From the NCBI RefSeq assembly GCF_014857065.1, contig NZ_CP046533.1, positions 180,001-212,000 on the forward strand: 32,000 nucleotides of DNA, given 5' to 3'. Below the pieces are notes generated by a model. That model had not been told where the DNA came from, made no database searches, and saw only the letters and a program-made list of their open reading frames with translations. Numbering within the stretch: the stretch's first letter is position 1; each line of letters starts with the position of its first letter. Both the position numbers and the translations under genes were made by a program. The stretch comes from Candidatus Saccharimonadota bacterium. Lineage in GTDB: Bacteria > Pseudomonadota > Gammaproteobacteria > Enterobacterales > Enterobacteriaceae. Below, piece by piece: positions 11,566-20,556 of this stretch.

Positions 11566-12432
11566 TTAGATATCATTTAAAATTAACAACATTAAATAAA
11601 CAAACAAAGGGAAAGCCGCAAACAAGCTATCCATGCGATCTAAAAGTCCACCATGTCCAGGAATAAAGTTACTACTATCCTTAATCTTCACTATTCGTTT
11701 TAACATACTCTCAAATAAATCTCCTAATATAGAACCCAATATAGCTAAAAGAGAACACATCAGTAAAGTAAATGGTGGTATATTTAATGTTATATTTTTA
11801 TAAAACAAATAACAAACAATACTAGAAGTTAATATACCACCTAATAAACCTTCCCAAGTCTTATTAGGCGATATTTTAGAGACTAATTTATAATATCCAA
11901 AAATACGGCCAAAGATATAAGATCCAGAATCAACAGACCAAACTAGCACCATGATATATAACACTCGATAGGCACCAATATAAAAATCAATGTCATATTG
12001 GTATTTACGTAAAATTAATACACTTTCTAAAAATGGAATTATAGTTAATATACCAAACAATAATCGTATTGTACTAAAATTTCGCCAAAAAATTGAACTA
12101 TAAGGATAAAACAAAATCAAAAAAAATGCTATAATCCACCAAACAAATGCAACATGCATAGAATAATTAAACAACCATACAGCATCAAATGGATAATTAA
12201 ATACAAAAATTATCATTATAAACAAAGATAATAACATACATGTAATGATCCAGCATATTTTATAAAAATTCGAAGATAAGCCCGCCAAAATCCTCCATTC
12301 CCAAAAACTTAAACTACATATTATCCAAGCACTCCATGCAAATTCTGTCAAAGAAAAAAAAAATAAAATACCTACAATAAAAATAATTAAAATAAAAGAA
12401 GTAATTAATCTAATCTTTAAAATATTATTCAC
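11566..12432 (-). CDS. cdsA: Phosphatidate cytidylyltransferase (CDP-diglyceride synthase)
   Basis: 288-aa polytopic membrane ORF. Shared with E. coli CdsA: LKIRLITSFIL (E. coli LKYRLISAFVL), SPNKTWEG, and FIPGHGGLLDRMDS (E. coli LIPGHGGILDRIDS). The start is GTG at 12432; there is no in-frame ATG near the N-terminus. Confidence 0.92.
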   Translation of the reverse strand: MNNILKIRLITSFILIIFIVGILFFFSLTEFAWSAWIICSLSFWEWRILAGLSSNFYKICWIITCMLLSLFIMIIFVFNYPFDAVWLFNYSMHVAFVWWIIAFFLILFYPYSSIFWRNFSTIRLLFGILTIIPFLESVLILRKYQYDIDFYIGAYRVLYIMVLVWSVDSGSYIFGRIFGYYKLVSKISPNKTWEGLLGGILTSSIVCYLFYKNITLNIPPFTLLMCSLLAILGSILGDLFESMLKRIVKIKDSSNFIPGHGGLLDRMDSLFAAFPLFVYLMLLILNDI

Positions 12433-12451
12433 AAGCTATCCTTTTACATTG

Positions 12452-13189
12452 TCAGCCACCAAAACGTCGTTCACGTTTAGCAAAAGAATTTAATGCATTT
12501 TCAAAAACAGTATCATTAAAATCGGGCCATAATACATCGGTAAAAAATAGTTCAGCATAAGCTATCTGCCAAAGCAAAAAATTACTAATACGATGCTCGC
12601 CGCCAGTTCTAATTACTAAATCAACTGGAGCTAGTTCATGCATACAAATATATTTGCATAATGCATTTTCATCTATTTGATCAGGATGCAAAACACCCTG
12701 TCGTATTAAAATAGCAAGTTGTTTTACTCCTTGAATAATATCCCAACGCCCACCATAATTTGCAGCAATAGTCAACATCAAACCATTATTATTACAAGTT
12801 AATCTTTCAGAGCGACGGATACTATTTTGTAATTGCATTTCAAAACGCTTAATATCGCCAATAATACGTAAACGAACATTATACTTATGTAATTTCTTCA
12901 TCTCATTATCTAAAACATGTATAAATAATTGCATAAGTGAAGAAACTTCCTGATCGGAACGCCTCCAATTTTCACTGCTAAATGCATATAAAGTTAACGC
13001 ATCAAAATGACGTTTAATGGCAAAATTAATAGCTCTACGAGCAGCTTTAATTCCAGCTTGATGACCAAAGATACGTAATTTACCTCTAATTTTTGCCCAA
13101 CGACCATTACCATCCATTATAATTGCTACATGACGGGGAAAAGAAGAGATAAATTCTTTAATATTATCTTGATTTTGAAGAAATATCAT
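12452..13189 (-). CDS. uppS: Undecaprenyl pyrophosphate synthase
   Basis: 245 aa. Motifs RHVAIIMDGNGRWAK, LYAFSSENWRR and IRTGGEHRISNFLLWQIAYAELFFTDVLWPDF are nearly identical to E. coli UppS/IspU. Confidence 0.95.
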   Translation of the reverse strand: MIFLQNQDNIKEFISSFPRHVAIIMDGNGRWAKIRGKLRIFGHQAGIKAARRAINFAIKRHFDALTLYAFSSENWRRSDQEVSSLMQLFIHVLDNEMKKLHKYNVRLRIIGDIKRFEMQLQNSIRRSERLTCNNNGLMLTIAANYGGRWDIIQGVKQLAILIRQGVLHPDQIDENALCKYICMHELAPVDLVIRTGGEHRISNFLLWQIAYAELFFTDVLWPDFNDTVFENALNSFAKRERRFGG

Positions 13190-13340
13190 ACTTACGAATT
13201 TCCTTCGCTAAATACTATTCCAAATTCGAAATACAATATATAATACACAACAAATTTATATCTAAATATATATTAAAAATTCATTTCAATCTCTTCCTTA
13301 AAAAATAAAATATTTTCTAAAATTAATTAAATAATAACCA

Positions 13341-14543
13341 TTAATTATTAAAATGATTAACGCTCAAAATAGCCTCTTTACGAGCTTGCTGATCAATCCA
13401 TAAGATTTCCTCAATACTTTCAGGTTCTTTTATAACTAAAGAATCCAAAACTCGTTTTATAACATCAGCAATTCTGTTAAATCTAATTCTTTCATTCAAA
13501 AAAGCTTCTACTGCAACTTCATTAGCAGCATTTAAAATAATGCTTGCAGATTGACCATCATTACTAGCCGAAATAGCCAATTGCAAACAAGGATAACGAT
13601 TTTTATCTATAGAATAAAAATTCAATTTTTCCAAAAATGAAAGATCTAAAGATCTTATATTTATTGATATTCTCTCTGGAAATCCCATAGCATATGCAAT
13701 AGGAATTCTCATATCCGGAATAGAAAGCTGCGCTAATAAACTACCGTCAATATAACTTACCATAGAATGAATAATTGATTGCGGGTGTAATAAAATGTCA
13801 ATGCCCTTAGAAGAAGCATTAAACAACCATCGTCCTGCAATATATTCTAGTCCCTTATTCATCATAGTAGCAGAATCAACAGAATTTTTTTTACCCATAG
13901 ACCAATTAGGATGATTACAAGCTTGTTTTGGTGTAACTTTTGATAACTCAGTTAAAGAAATATTACGAAAAGGGCCGCCAGAAGCAGTTAAAATAATACG
14001 TGATATCCCATGTTCATCAAAAGACGCACGACCTAAAGCATTTTGAAATGATTTAGGTAAGCTTTGAAAAATAGCACTATGTTCACTGTCAACAGGAATC
14101 AAACAAGCACGATTCTTACATAGTTCTTTTATTAAAATTTTACCACAAGTAACCAAAGATTCTTTATTAGCTAACAGCACCTTTTTGCCAGCTTTTAATG
14201 CGGACAACGTAGGTAATAAACCAGCAATTCCAACTATAGCTGACATCACTATATCAACTTCCTTAAGAGCAGACAACTCACATGCACTGTCAAAACCAGC
14301 TAATACTTTAATTTTAGTATATATTTTATGTAAAGATAAACTTTTTTCTAACTCAATAGCCGCCTGTTCATCTGTCATACATACATATTTAGGATTAAAT
14401 ATCAAACATTGCTTGGTCATTAAATCGACATTACTTTTTGCAACCAACGCATATATATTAAATTTATTAATATTCCTCTTTACTACATCAAGTGTATTAA
14501 TTCCGATTGAACCAGTACTACCCAAGATAATTAAATTTTTCAT
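13341..14543 (-). CDS. dxr: 1-deoxy-D-xylulose 5-phosphate reductoisomerase
   Basis: 400 aa (E. coli 398). Motifs MKNLIILGSTGSIGINTLDVV, LLANKESLVTCG, VDSEHSAIFQSLP and NHPNWSMGKKNSVDSATMMNKGLEYI. Confidence 0.95.
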   Translation of the reverse strand: MKNLIILGSTGSIGINTLDVVKRNINKFNIYALVAKSNVDLMTKQCLIFNPKYVCMTDEQAAIELEKSLSLHKIYTKIKVLAGFDSACELSALKEVDIVMSAIVGIAGLLPTLSALKAGKKVLLANKESLVTCGKILIKELCKNRACLIPVDSEHSAIFQSLPKSFQNALGRASFDEHGISRIILTASGGPFRNISLTELSKVTPKQACNHPNWSMGKKNSVDSATMMNKGLEYIAGRWLFNASSKGIDILLHPQSIIHSMVSYIDGSLLAQLSIPDMRIPIAYAMGFPERISINIRSLDLSFLEKLNFYSIDKNRYPCLQLAISASNDGQSASIILNAANEVAVEAFLNERIRFNRIADVIKRVLDSLVIKEPESIEEILWIDQQARKEAILSVNHFNN

Positions 14544-14673
14544 AAAATCAGATAAAACTAAAAACTTAATATTAATTTAGCTACAAGTCAAAAGAAACCC
14601 TTAACAAATTTACCATAAAACTACAAATTATAAAAGACGATAAAACTTTTCAAAATATCTTAAATACTTATAC

Positions 14674-15237
14674 TTAATGAAACTGCATTAATTCCTTCTC
14701 TTTGTTCAAAAATATAATGTCCACTTCTTTAATCCAAAAATTAGTCAATTTTTGAACATCATTTTGGTAACAATGCTCCTTATCTTCACTAATTATTTTG
14801 TCTTTAAGTAAATATTTAATCTTATCATTTGAATCACGACGTATTTTACGCAAGGATATTTTACACCTTTCAGTCTCAATTCGTATCATTTTAACTAAAG
14901 ATTTACGACGTTCTTCAGTTAAAGATGGTGATGAAATACGAATTATTGAATCATTATGTAATACAGGGTTCAAACCTAACTCAGAATCCATAATCGCTTT
15001 TTCTACTAAAGATATAATTTTATTATCAAAAACAGTAATAGCCAAAGTATATGAATTTTCAGCAACAATACTTGCTAATTGACGTAATGGAGTAAACATT
15101 CCGTAACACTTCACCTGAATATTATTTAACAAATTTGGAGAAATACGACCGGTATGAATCTTGTTAGTATAATTTTTAAAAATTTCTATACATTTTTTCA
15201 TACGATTTTCAGCATCTTTTCTAATATTATTAATCAT
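14674..15237 (-). CDS. frr: Ribosome recycling factor
   Basis: 187 aa (E. coli 185). MINNIRKDAENRMKKCIEIFK compares with E. coli [21 protein letters not shown]. Also PLRQLASI, LTEERRKSLVK, and an ELMQF-type C-terminus. Confidence 0.95.
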   Translation of the reverse strand: MINNIRKDAENRMKKCIEIFKNYTNKIHTGRISPNLLNNIQVKCYGMFTPLRQLASIVAENSYTLAITVFDNKIISLVEKAIMDSELGLNPVLHNDSIIRISSPSLTEERRKSLVKMIRIETERCKISLRKIRRDSNDKIKYLLKDKIISEDKEHCYQNDVQKLTNFWIKEVDIIFLNKEKELMQFH

Positions 15238-15313
15238 ATGCCCCTCTTAACATAAATTGCAAAATATAATTAAAGTAATAACCAAACGATACAAAGTTAT
15301 TGCTTTAATATTC

Positions 15314-16045
15314 CTATTTAGAAATTAATGTCCCTTCTTTGTATCCCATGACTATTCTCCAAAGAACTTTTGATTTATGCACATTAAAAATACGAATTGG
15401 TAAATCATAATCTCTAGCTAATGTAAAAGCAGCTAAATCCATAACTTTAAACTCATTCTTTAATACATCCTGATAAGTGAGTTGATCATATAGTATTGCA
15501 TTAGAAGATTGAGCAGGATCAGTAGAAAATACACCATCTACACTGGTCGCTTTAAGAATTACTTCAGCCTCAATTTCAATTCCTCTGAGACAAGCTGCAG
15601 AATCAGTAGTAAAAAAAGGATTACCAGTACCAGCAACAAACACCACAACATAATTATTATGTAATAAATGGATAGCTTTCATATAATTATAATTATCACA
15701 TAACTCATTAAGGGGAATAGCTGACATAATAGAAGTTTTAATAAAAAATTTACGTAATATATTAGATATGGCTAGCCCATTTATTACAGTAGACAACATT
15801 CCTATATGGTCGCCGACAACACGATTTATACCTTCTTTTACTAACAAAGACCCCCTAAATAAATTACCGCCACCAATTACTATACCCACTTGAACGCCCA
15901 ACTGTACCAATTCTTTTATTTCTTGAACCAAACGTGTTAACATGCCGACGTTTATACCTAAATCTATACCATCTCTTAAAACTTCACCACTCAACTTAAG
16001 TAAAATACGGCGGTAAATAGGTTGCTGTGTACTTGTTGTCATCAT
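15314..16045 (-). CDS. pyrH: Uridylate (UMP) kinase
   Basis: 243 aa. Motifs [42 protein letters not shown] and [11 protein letters not shown]. Two tandem ATGs (16045 and 16042) follow GAGGAAGG; the second has the more usual spacing. Confidence 0.95.
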   Translation of the reverse strand: MMTTSTQQPIYRRILLKLSGEVLRDGIDLGINVGMLTRLVQEIKELVQLGVQVGIVIGGGNLFRGSLLVKEGINRVVGDHIGMLSTVINGLAISNILRKFFIKTSIMSAIPLNELCDNYNYMKAIHLLHNNYVVVFVAGTGNPFFTTDSAACLRGIEIEAEVILKATSVDGVFSTDPAQSSNAILYDQLTYQDVLKNEFKVMDLAAFTLARDYDLPIRIFNVHKSKVLWRIVMGYKEGTLISK

Positions 16046-16276
16046 ACCTTCCTCACAATTTTTAAAAGGAATATATAAAAAATAAACAATCTCATTTTGC
16101 TCTAATACATCCTAATTACTTAGTTGTAAATCACAACAAAACACCTACACTAATATTATTTTGCGGTTCGCTCAAATAAAACAACTATACAAAAACCAAA
16201 GAAACTTTCAAGTACTTAAAACATTTACATTTTACATTAATAATATTTCATTTTAAAATAATCTAATCTTTTCGCA

Positions 16277-17074
16277 TCACCCACCCATTTCAAATCTAAC
16301 AAAATGATTAACTTTAGAACCATACATACTTAAGATCTCTCCTACAGTACTATTTACATTCATTAGAAATGGTTGATTAATTAAAGAAATCGAACTAATA
16401 AATTTTTGCATACGACCTTGAATTATTCTACTATTAACATCTGCTTTTTTATCTAATCTACTAACAATATTCATTTGTATCTCATATTCACGATCTATTA
16501 CCGCTTTTGGTATATCACTTGAATAAATATACTCAGGTTGATAAGCAGCAATATGCATAGCAATATGCTTTAATAACTCACTAGTTATACTACTACCATC
16601 TACTAACACACCAATACGTGTACCATGTGAATAACAAGCTAATGTATCACCTTGCAATACAAAACACCTACTAATTTTGATATTTTCATCAAACCTATTC
16701 ATTAATTCATTACACTGTTCTTTAAAAAAGTTTTGTAATACACTCAAGTCTGAAATTTGTTTCATCATCATAGTATCAATAACAACTTTACCAAAATTTC
16801 TAAAAACACTATTTCTAGCTACAAAATCAGTTTCACAATTTAATTCTAAGATTATACCATATTTCCCATTTTTAAAGATTTTAGTAAGAATAATCCCTTC
16901 TTTAGCTTCACGCATAGTTCTTTTGGTATTTTTTGCTAATCCTAATTTACGCATATTATCGATAGCTAATTCAATATTACCTTGGGCTTCAACAAGTGCT
17001 TTTTTACATTCCATAACACTAACATCAGTAAGTTTTCTTAGCTTTCTCACCATATCAATAGTAATATCAATCAT
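16277..17074 (-). CDS. tsf: Elongation factor Ts
   Basis: 265 aa. VRKLRKLTDVSVMECKKALVEAQGNIELAIDNMRK compares with E. coli [35 protein letters not shown]. Also LNCETDFVA and HIAMHIAA. It ends at FVRFEMGG, about 20 residues short of E. coli EF-Ts. Confidence 0.94.
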   Translation of the reverse strand: MIDITIDMVRKLRKLTDVSVMECKKALVEAQGNIELAIDNMRKLGLAKNTKRTMREAKEGIILTKIFKNGKYGIILELNCETDFVARNSVFRNFGKVVIDTMMMKQISDLSVLQNFFKEQCNELMNRFDENIKISRCFVLQGDTLACYSHGTRIGVLVDGSSITSELLKHIAMHIAAYQPEYIYSSDIPKAVIDREYEIQMNIVSRLDKKADVNSRIIQGRMQKFISSISLINQPFLMNVNSTVGEILSMYGSKVNHFVRFEMGG

Positions 17075-17170
17075 GAATTTTCTCCATTAATGCTATTTTA
17101 TTATACTAATCTGAACAAAGAACATCGGTCGATGTTCTAATATTTAATAAAGTAATACATATATAAATTT

Positions 17171-17911
17171 TTAAAATAACACATTACCCTCATTACTTTC
17201 GTGAATATCTTCAACGTTTTGAATTGCATTTCGAATGCGAGCCATACCTATAACTTTGGTTACAACATTTAAATATAAGTTTATAGCACGTATTGCATCA
17301 TCATTACCTGGAATAACAAAATTTATTCCATCAGGACTAGAATTAGTATCTACAATTGCAAAAACAGGAATGCCCAAATTATTTGCTTCCTTGATGGCAA
17401 TACGTTCATGAGCCGCACTAGTAACAAATATTGCATCTGGCAAACCACCCATGTCTTTAATGCCTCCTAAACTATTTTCTAACTTATCAAGCTCACGAGT
17501 AAGAATTAATACTTCTTTTTTAGTTAATTTTTCAAACGTTCCGTCTTGAGATTTAATTTTTAATTCTTTCAATCGTTTAATAGATTGCCTTACAGTTTTC
17601 CAGTTAGTTAACATTCCGCCCAACCAACGATAGTTAACAAAGAATTGATCGCAGTTAATAGCTGCATCTTTTACAGATACACTTACAGATCGTTTTGTAC
17701 CTACAAATAAAATCTTACCTTTCAAAACAGCTATCTTATGCAATTCACTTAAAGCATTCTGTAACATAGGTACTGTCTTCTCTAAATTAATAATATGTAT
17801 CTTATTACGCACTCCAAAAATAAAAGGTTTCATTTTAGGATGCCAATAACGAGTTTGATGACCAAAATGAACACCTGCTTGAAGTAAATCATATACAGAA
17901 ATATCTATCAT
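17171..17911 (-). CDS. rpsB: 30S ribosomal protein S2
   Basis: [35 protein letters not shown] and [18 protein letters not shown] are near-identical to E. coli S2. AAGGAG lies 7 nt upstream of the ATG at 17911. The ORF-track GTG at 17917 sits 1 nt after that SD, so it is unlikely to be the start. Confidence 0.95.
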   Translation of the reverse strand: MIDISVYDLLQAGVHFGHQTRYWHPKMKPFIFGVRNKIHIINLEKTVPMLQNALSELHKIAVLKGKILFVGTKRSVSVSVKDAAINCDQFFVNYRWLGGMLTNWKTVRQSIKRLKELKIKSQDGTFEKLTKKEVLILTRELDKLENSLGGIKDMGGLPDAIFVTSAAHERIAIKEANNLGIPVFAIVDTNSSPDGINFVIPGNDDAIRAINLYLNVVTKVIGMARIRNAIQNVEDIHESNEGNVLF

Positions 17912-18200
17912 ACACACGCTCCTTAATTCACTAATTATATATTTAATTATCTACTAATCATGAACAAAATTTTAAAATACATTTGACAAAAACAAAAAAC
18001 AAACTGAACATTATAATATTAAAATATTTTTGAAAATAACCCTAATTAAATAAGGTAAATTTTTGTGTTTCAAAAACAACAATAATGTTATAGTATATTT
18101 TAATCACCAGTAATATTAACTAAAAAATTTATTAGAAAGATTGCTTTTTTAAAAAACAAATAAATGTAAATATTGTATTAATATGTAATATAGGTAGTTC

Positions 18201-18995
18201 ATGGCCATTATCATTAAAACTCCTGATGAAATAAAAAAAATGCGTGTTGTTGGAAAATTAGCAGCTGAAGTGTTAGAAATTATTAAACCTTATGTTTATC
18301 CTGGTATTACCACTGGTACTTTAGATAAAATTTGTCACACTTATATTACAAAAAAACAAAAGGCAACATCAGCAGCTTTAGGGTATAAAGGTTTTCCAAA
18401 ATCTGTTTGTATATCAATAAACGAAGAAGTATGTCATGGAATTCCAAGTGATGAAAGAAAATTAAAGGATGGGGATATAGTAAATATTGATGTTGCCATT
18501 TTTAAAGATGGATGGCATGGGGATACCTCTAAAATGTTTACAGTTGGTAAGCCAACTGTAACTGGAAAAAAATTATGCAAAACAACTCAAGAAAGTCTAT
18601 ATTTGGCAATTCGAATGATTCAACCAGGTATCAAATTGCGTGAAATAGGCAAAGCAATCCAAAAATTTATTGAAGAAAAAGAGTTTTCCATAGTACGTGA
18701 ATATTGTGGACATGGAATTGGAAGAAAAATTCATGAAGACCCACAAGTATTACATTTTGATGGTGATGATGGTGGTACAATGCTACAAGAAGGAATGGTT
18801 GTAACTATTGAACCTATGGTTAATGTCGGAAGCTCTCGCATATTTACTATGGAAGATGGATGGACGGTAAGAACACAAGATAATGGATTATCTGCACAAT
18901 ATGAACATACTATTGTAGTTACATCCAATGGATGTGAAGTGATAACTGTGCGTTCAGATGAAAATTTTCCGAAAATAATAAATCATAAAAAATAA
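18201..18995 (+). CDS. map: Methionine aminopeptidase (type I)
   Basis: 264 aa, the same length as E. coli Map. MAIIIKTPDEIKKMRVVGKLAAEVLE compares with E. coli MAISIKTPEDIEKMRVAGRLAAEVLE. Also KDGDIVNIDV, VREYCGHGIG, TIEPMVN and SAQYEHTIVVT. It is divergent from rpsB as in E. coli. Confidence 0.95.
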   Translation: MAIIIKTPDEIKKMRVVGKLAAEVLEIIKPYVYPGITTGTLDKICHTYITKKQKATSAALGYKGFPKSVCISINEEVCHGIPSDERKLKDGDIVNIDVAIFKDGWHGDTSKMFTVGKPTVTGKKLCKTTQESLYLAIRMIQPGIKLREIGKAIQKFIEEKEFSIVREYCGHGIGRKIHEDPQVLHFDGDDGGTMLQEGMVVTIEPMVNVGSSRIFTMEDGWTVRTQDNGLSAQYEHTIVVTSNGCEVITVRSDENFPKIINHKK

Positions 18996-19056
18996 CAAAA
19001 AGAAAATTTTAATATGTTCAAAATATATACTATTAAATCTTGGAAATACTTAAAAA

Positions 19057-19890
19057 ATGAACAAAATAAAAGATCTACAGGAAATTATTGAAAATAGTTT
19101 TAAAAAATACCCTAATTTTTCACCAACAATCATAAATAATGATACTTGCGATGCGGTGAAAGAAATCATGAAAAAACTCAACAACGGAACTCTACGAGTA
19201 GCAGAAAAAATTAATGGATGCTGGATTACTAATAAATGGATAAAAAAGGCAATATTGCTTTATTTTTATATCTCGAAAAATAAAAGCATAGAATGGGGAA
19301 CTGCTAAATTCTTTGATAAAATTCCTTCTAAATTCAATGATTGGGAAGACATCACATTTCAAAAAAATAAAATACGTGTAGTACCACCTGCTAACGTAAG
19401 ATACGGATCTTATGTAGCGCATAATACAGTAATAATGCCTTCGTGTGTTAATGTAGGAGCATATATTGGTGAAGGAAGCATGATAGATACATGGGCTACA
19501 GTAGGCTCGTGTGCACAAATAGGGAAAAATGTTCACTTATCTGGTGGAGTAGGTATAGGAGGAGTATTAGAACCGTTACAAAACAAACCAACTATTATAG
19601 AAGATAATTGCTTTATAGGAGCTCGTTCTGAAATTGCAGAAGGAGTTATCGTGGAAGAAGGATCCATCATTTCAATGGGAGTATTTATTAGTCAAAGCAC
19701 AAGGATTTATGATAGAGAAAATAACAAAATATTTTATGGGAAAATACCATCTAGATCAGTAGTTATATCAGGTAATTTACCTTCTAAAAATGGTTTATAT
19801 AATCTTTACTCTGCCATAATAGTAAAAAAAGTTGATGAAAATACACTCAAAAAAACACAAATTAACGAACTATTACATACAATTGACTGA
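19057..19890 (+). CDS. dapD: 2,3,4,5-tetrahydropyridine-2,6-dicarboxylate N-succinyltransferase
   Basis: 277 aa (E. coli 274). [13 protein letters not shown] and [51 protein letters not shown] are near-identical to E. coli DapD. The C-terminus is INELLHTID (E. coli INELLRTID). Confidence 0.95.
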   Translation: MNKIKDLQEIIENSFKKYPNFSPTIINNDTCDAVKEIMKKLNNGTLRVAEKINGCWITNKWIKKAILLYFYISKNKSIEWGTAKFFDKIPSKFNDWEDITFQKNKIRVVPPANVRYGSYVAHNTVIMPSCVNVGAYIGEGSMIDTWATVGSCAQIGKNVHLSGGVGIGGVLEPLQNKPTIIEDNCFIGARSEIAEGVIVEEGSIISMGVFISQSTRIYDRENNKIFYGKIPSRSVVISGNLPSKNGLYNLYSAIIVKKVDENTLKKTQINELLHTID

Positions 19891-20556
19891 ACAAAATTCA
19901 TAAAATAAAGAATTTTATAAAACAAAACAATCAAATAATACATAGAAAATCCAAATATTATTTACTATACTTGAACTAAAATACAATAAAGCAATAAAAC
20001 ATTCCACCGTTTGATTTTTCAATGAAAGTACAAATAAAATCATAGATTCAAAATTACGGTTTGTTATAGTAGTTTAAAACAAAAAATACTTGATACATCT
20101 AAATTATCACGTTATAAAATGGGCATGCCTAACTAATATTCAACAAGTATATTCAATTAAACTAATTTAAATGTTTATTAATAAACAAGGGGCACTTTTA
20201 ATCTTATTTGCAATAACGATATAAACTAAAAATAAAAAATTAACTGCATATTAAAATTTGTTAATCACCAAACACTACTGTCTTTACAGGGATAAATTAT
20301 TACAAAATGTCACAGTGATTTTATCAATTACATTAAATACAAAACATATAAGATATTCCATAAAATAAAACAATTATAAAATTAAATCATCAAGATGATT
20401 AAAATAAACAAATAAAATTAGTATCGAGAAATTTTGAGTATAAATTAATAAAAATTTTAATTTACCCTGAAAATACATTAAGATTTAAGCTGTCATTATT
20501 CATTATTTCAAACAACAACAAAACACAAATATATGCGTATTAAACATTAACTATAT
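19891..20556 (-). pseudogene. thyA: Probable decayed thymidylate synthase gene (thyA relic); no intact ORF
   Basis: This is the slot where thyA lies in E. coli: immediately downstream of lgt on the same strand. The supplied track lists no ORF of 60 aa or more here. Minus-strand translation gives collinear fragments matching E. coli ThyA as I recall it: VLLLFEIMNND (20524-20492) vs ThyA 11-20 VLDEGTQKND; ILW (20366-20358) vs LLW59-61; NVID (20334-20323) vs NVTIWD76-81; NKIKSAPC (20208-20185) vs DKMALAPC139-146 (catalytic Cys motif); TC.ILVR ending at 20128 vs SCQLYQR160-166; GGMFY (20008-19994) vs GGDTHLY. The fragments lie in different frames and are separated by stops. The matches are weak and were hand-aligned. 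Confidence 0.45.

Noticed and set aside
14185-14580. 131-aa plus-strand ORF
   Set aside because: It is antisense to the conserved N-terminal NADPH-binding region of dxr. It is a shadow ORF with no SD and no recognisable homology.
14798-15082. 94-aa plus-strand ORF
   Set aside because: It is antisense to frr and is a shadow ORF.
16161-16172. GCGGTTCGCTC, which superficially resembles a tRNA T-arm (GGTTCG)
   Set aside because: No complementary T-stem partner, acceptor stem or anticodon arm can be drawn from the flanking A/T-rich sequence. I found no tRNA gene anywhere in the window.
16677-17090. 137-aa plus-strand ORF
   Set aside because: It is antisense to the 5' half of tsf, offset by one base from the sense codons. 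Its product is an S/L/I/F-rich repeat of complemented tsf codons, with no independent support.
17983-18017. Perfect TTGACA (17983-17988) and TATAAT (18012-18017) hexamers on the plus strand upstream of map
   Set aside because: The hexamers are separated by 23 nt, far from the 16-18 nt a sigma-70 promoter needs. In DNA this A/T-rich, isolated consensus hexamers are expected by chance. I therefore call no promoters in the window.
18731-18928. 65-aa minus-strand ORF
   Set aside because: It is antisense to the conserved catalytic C-terminal part of map and is a shadow ORF.
19192-19536. 114-aa minus-strand ORF
   Set aside because: It is antisense to dapD and is a shadow ORF.
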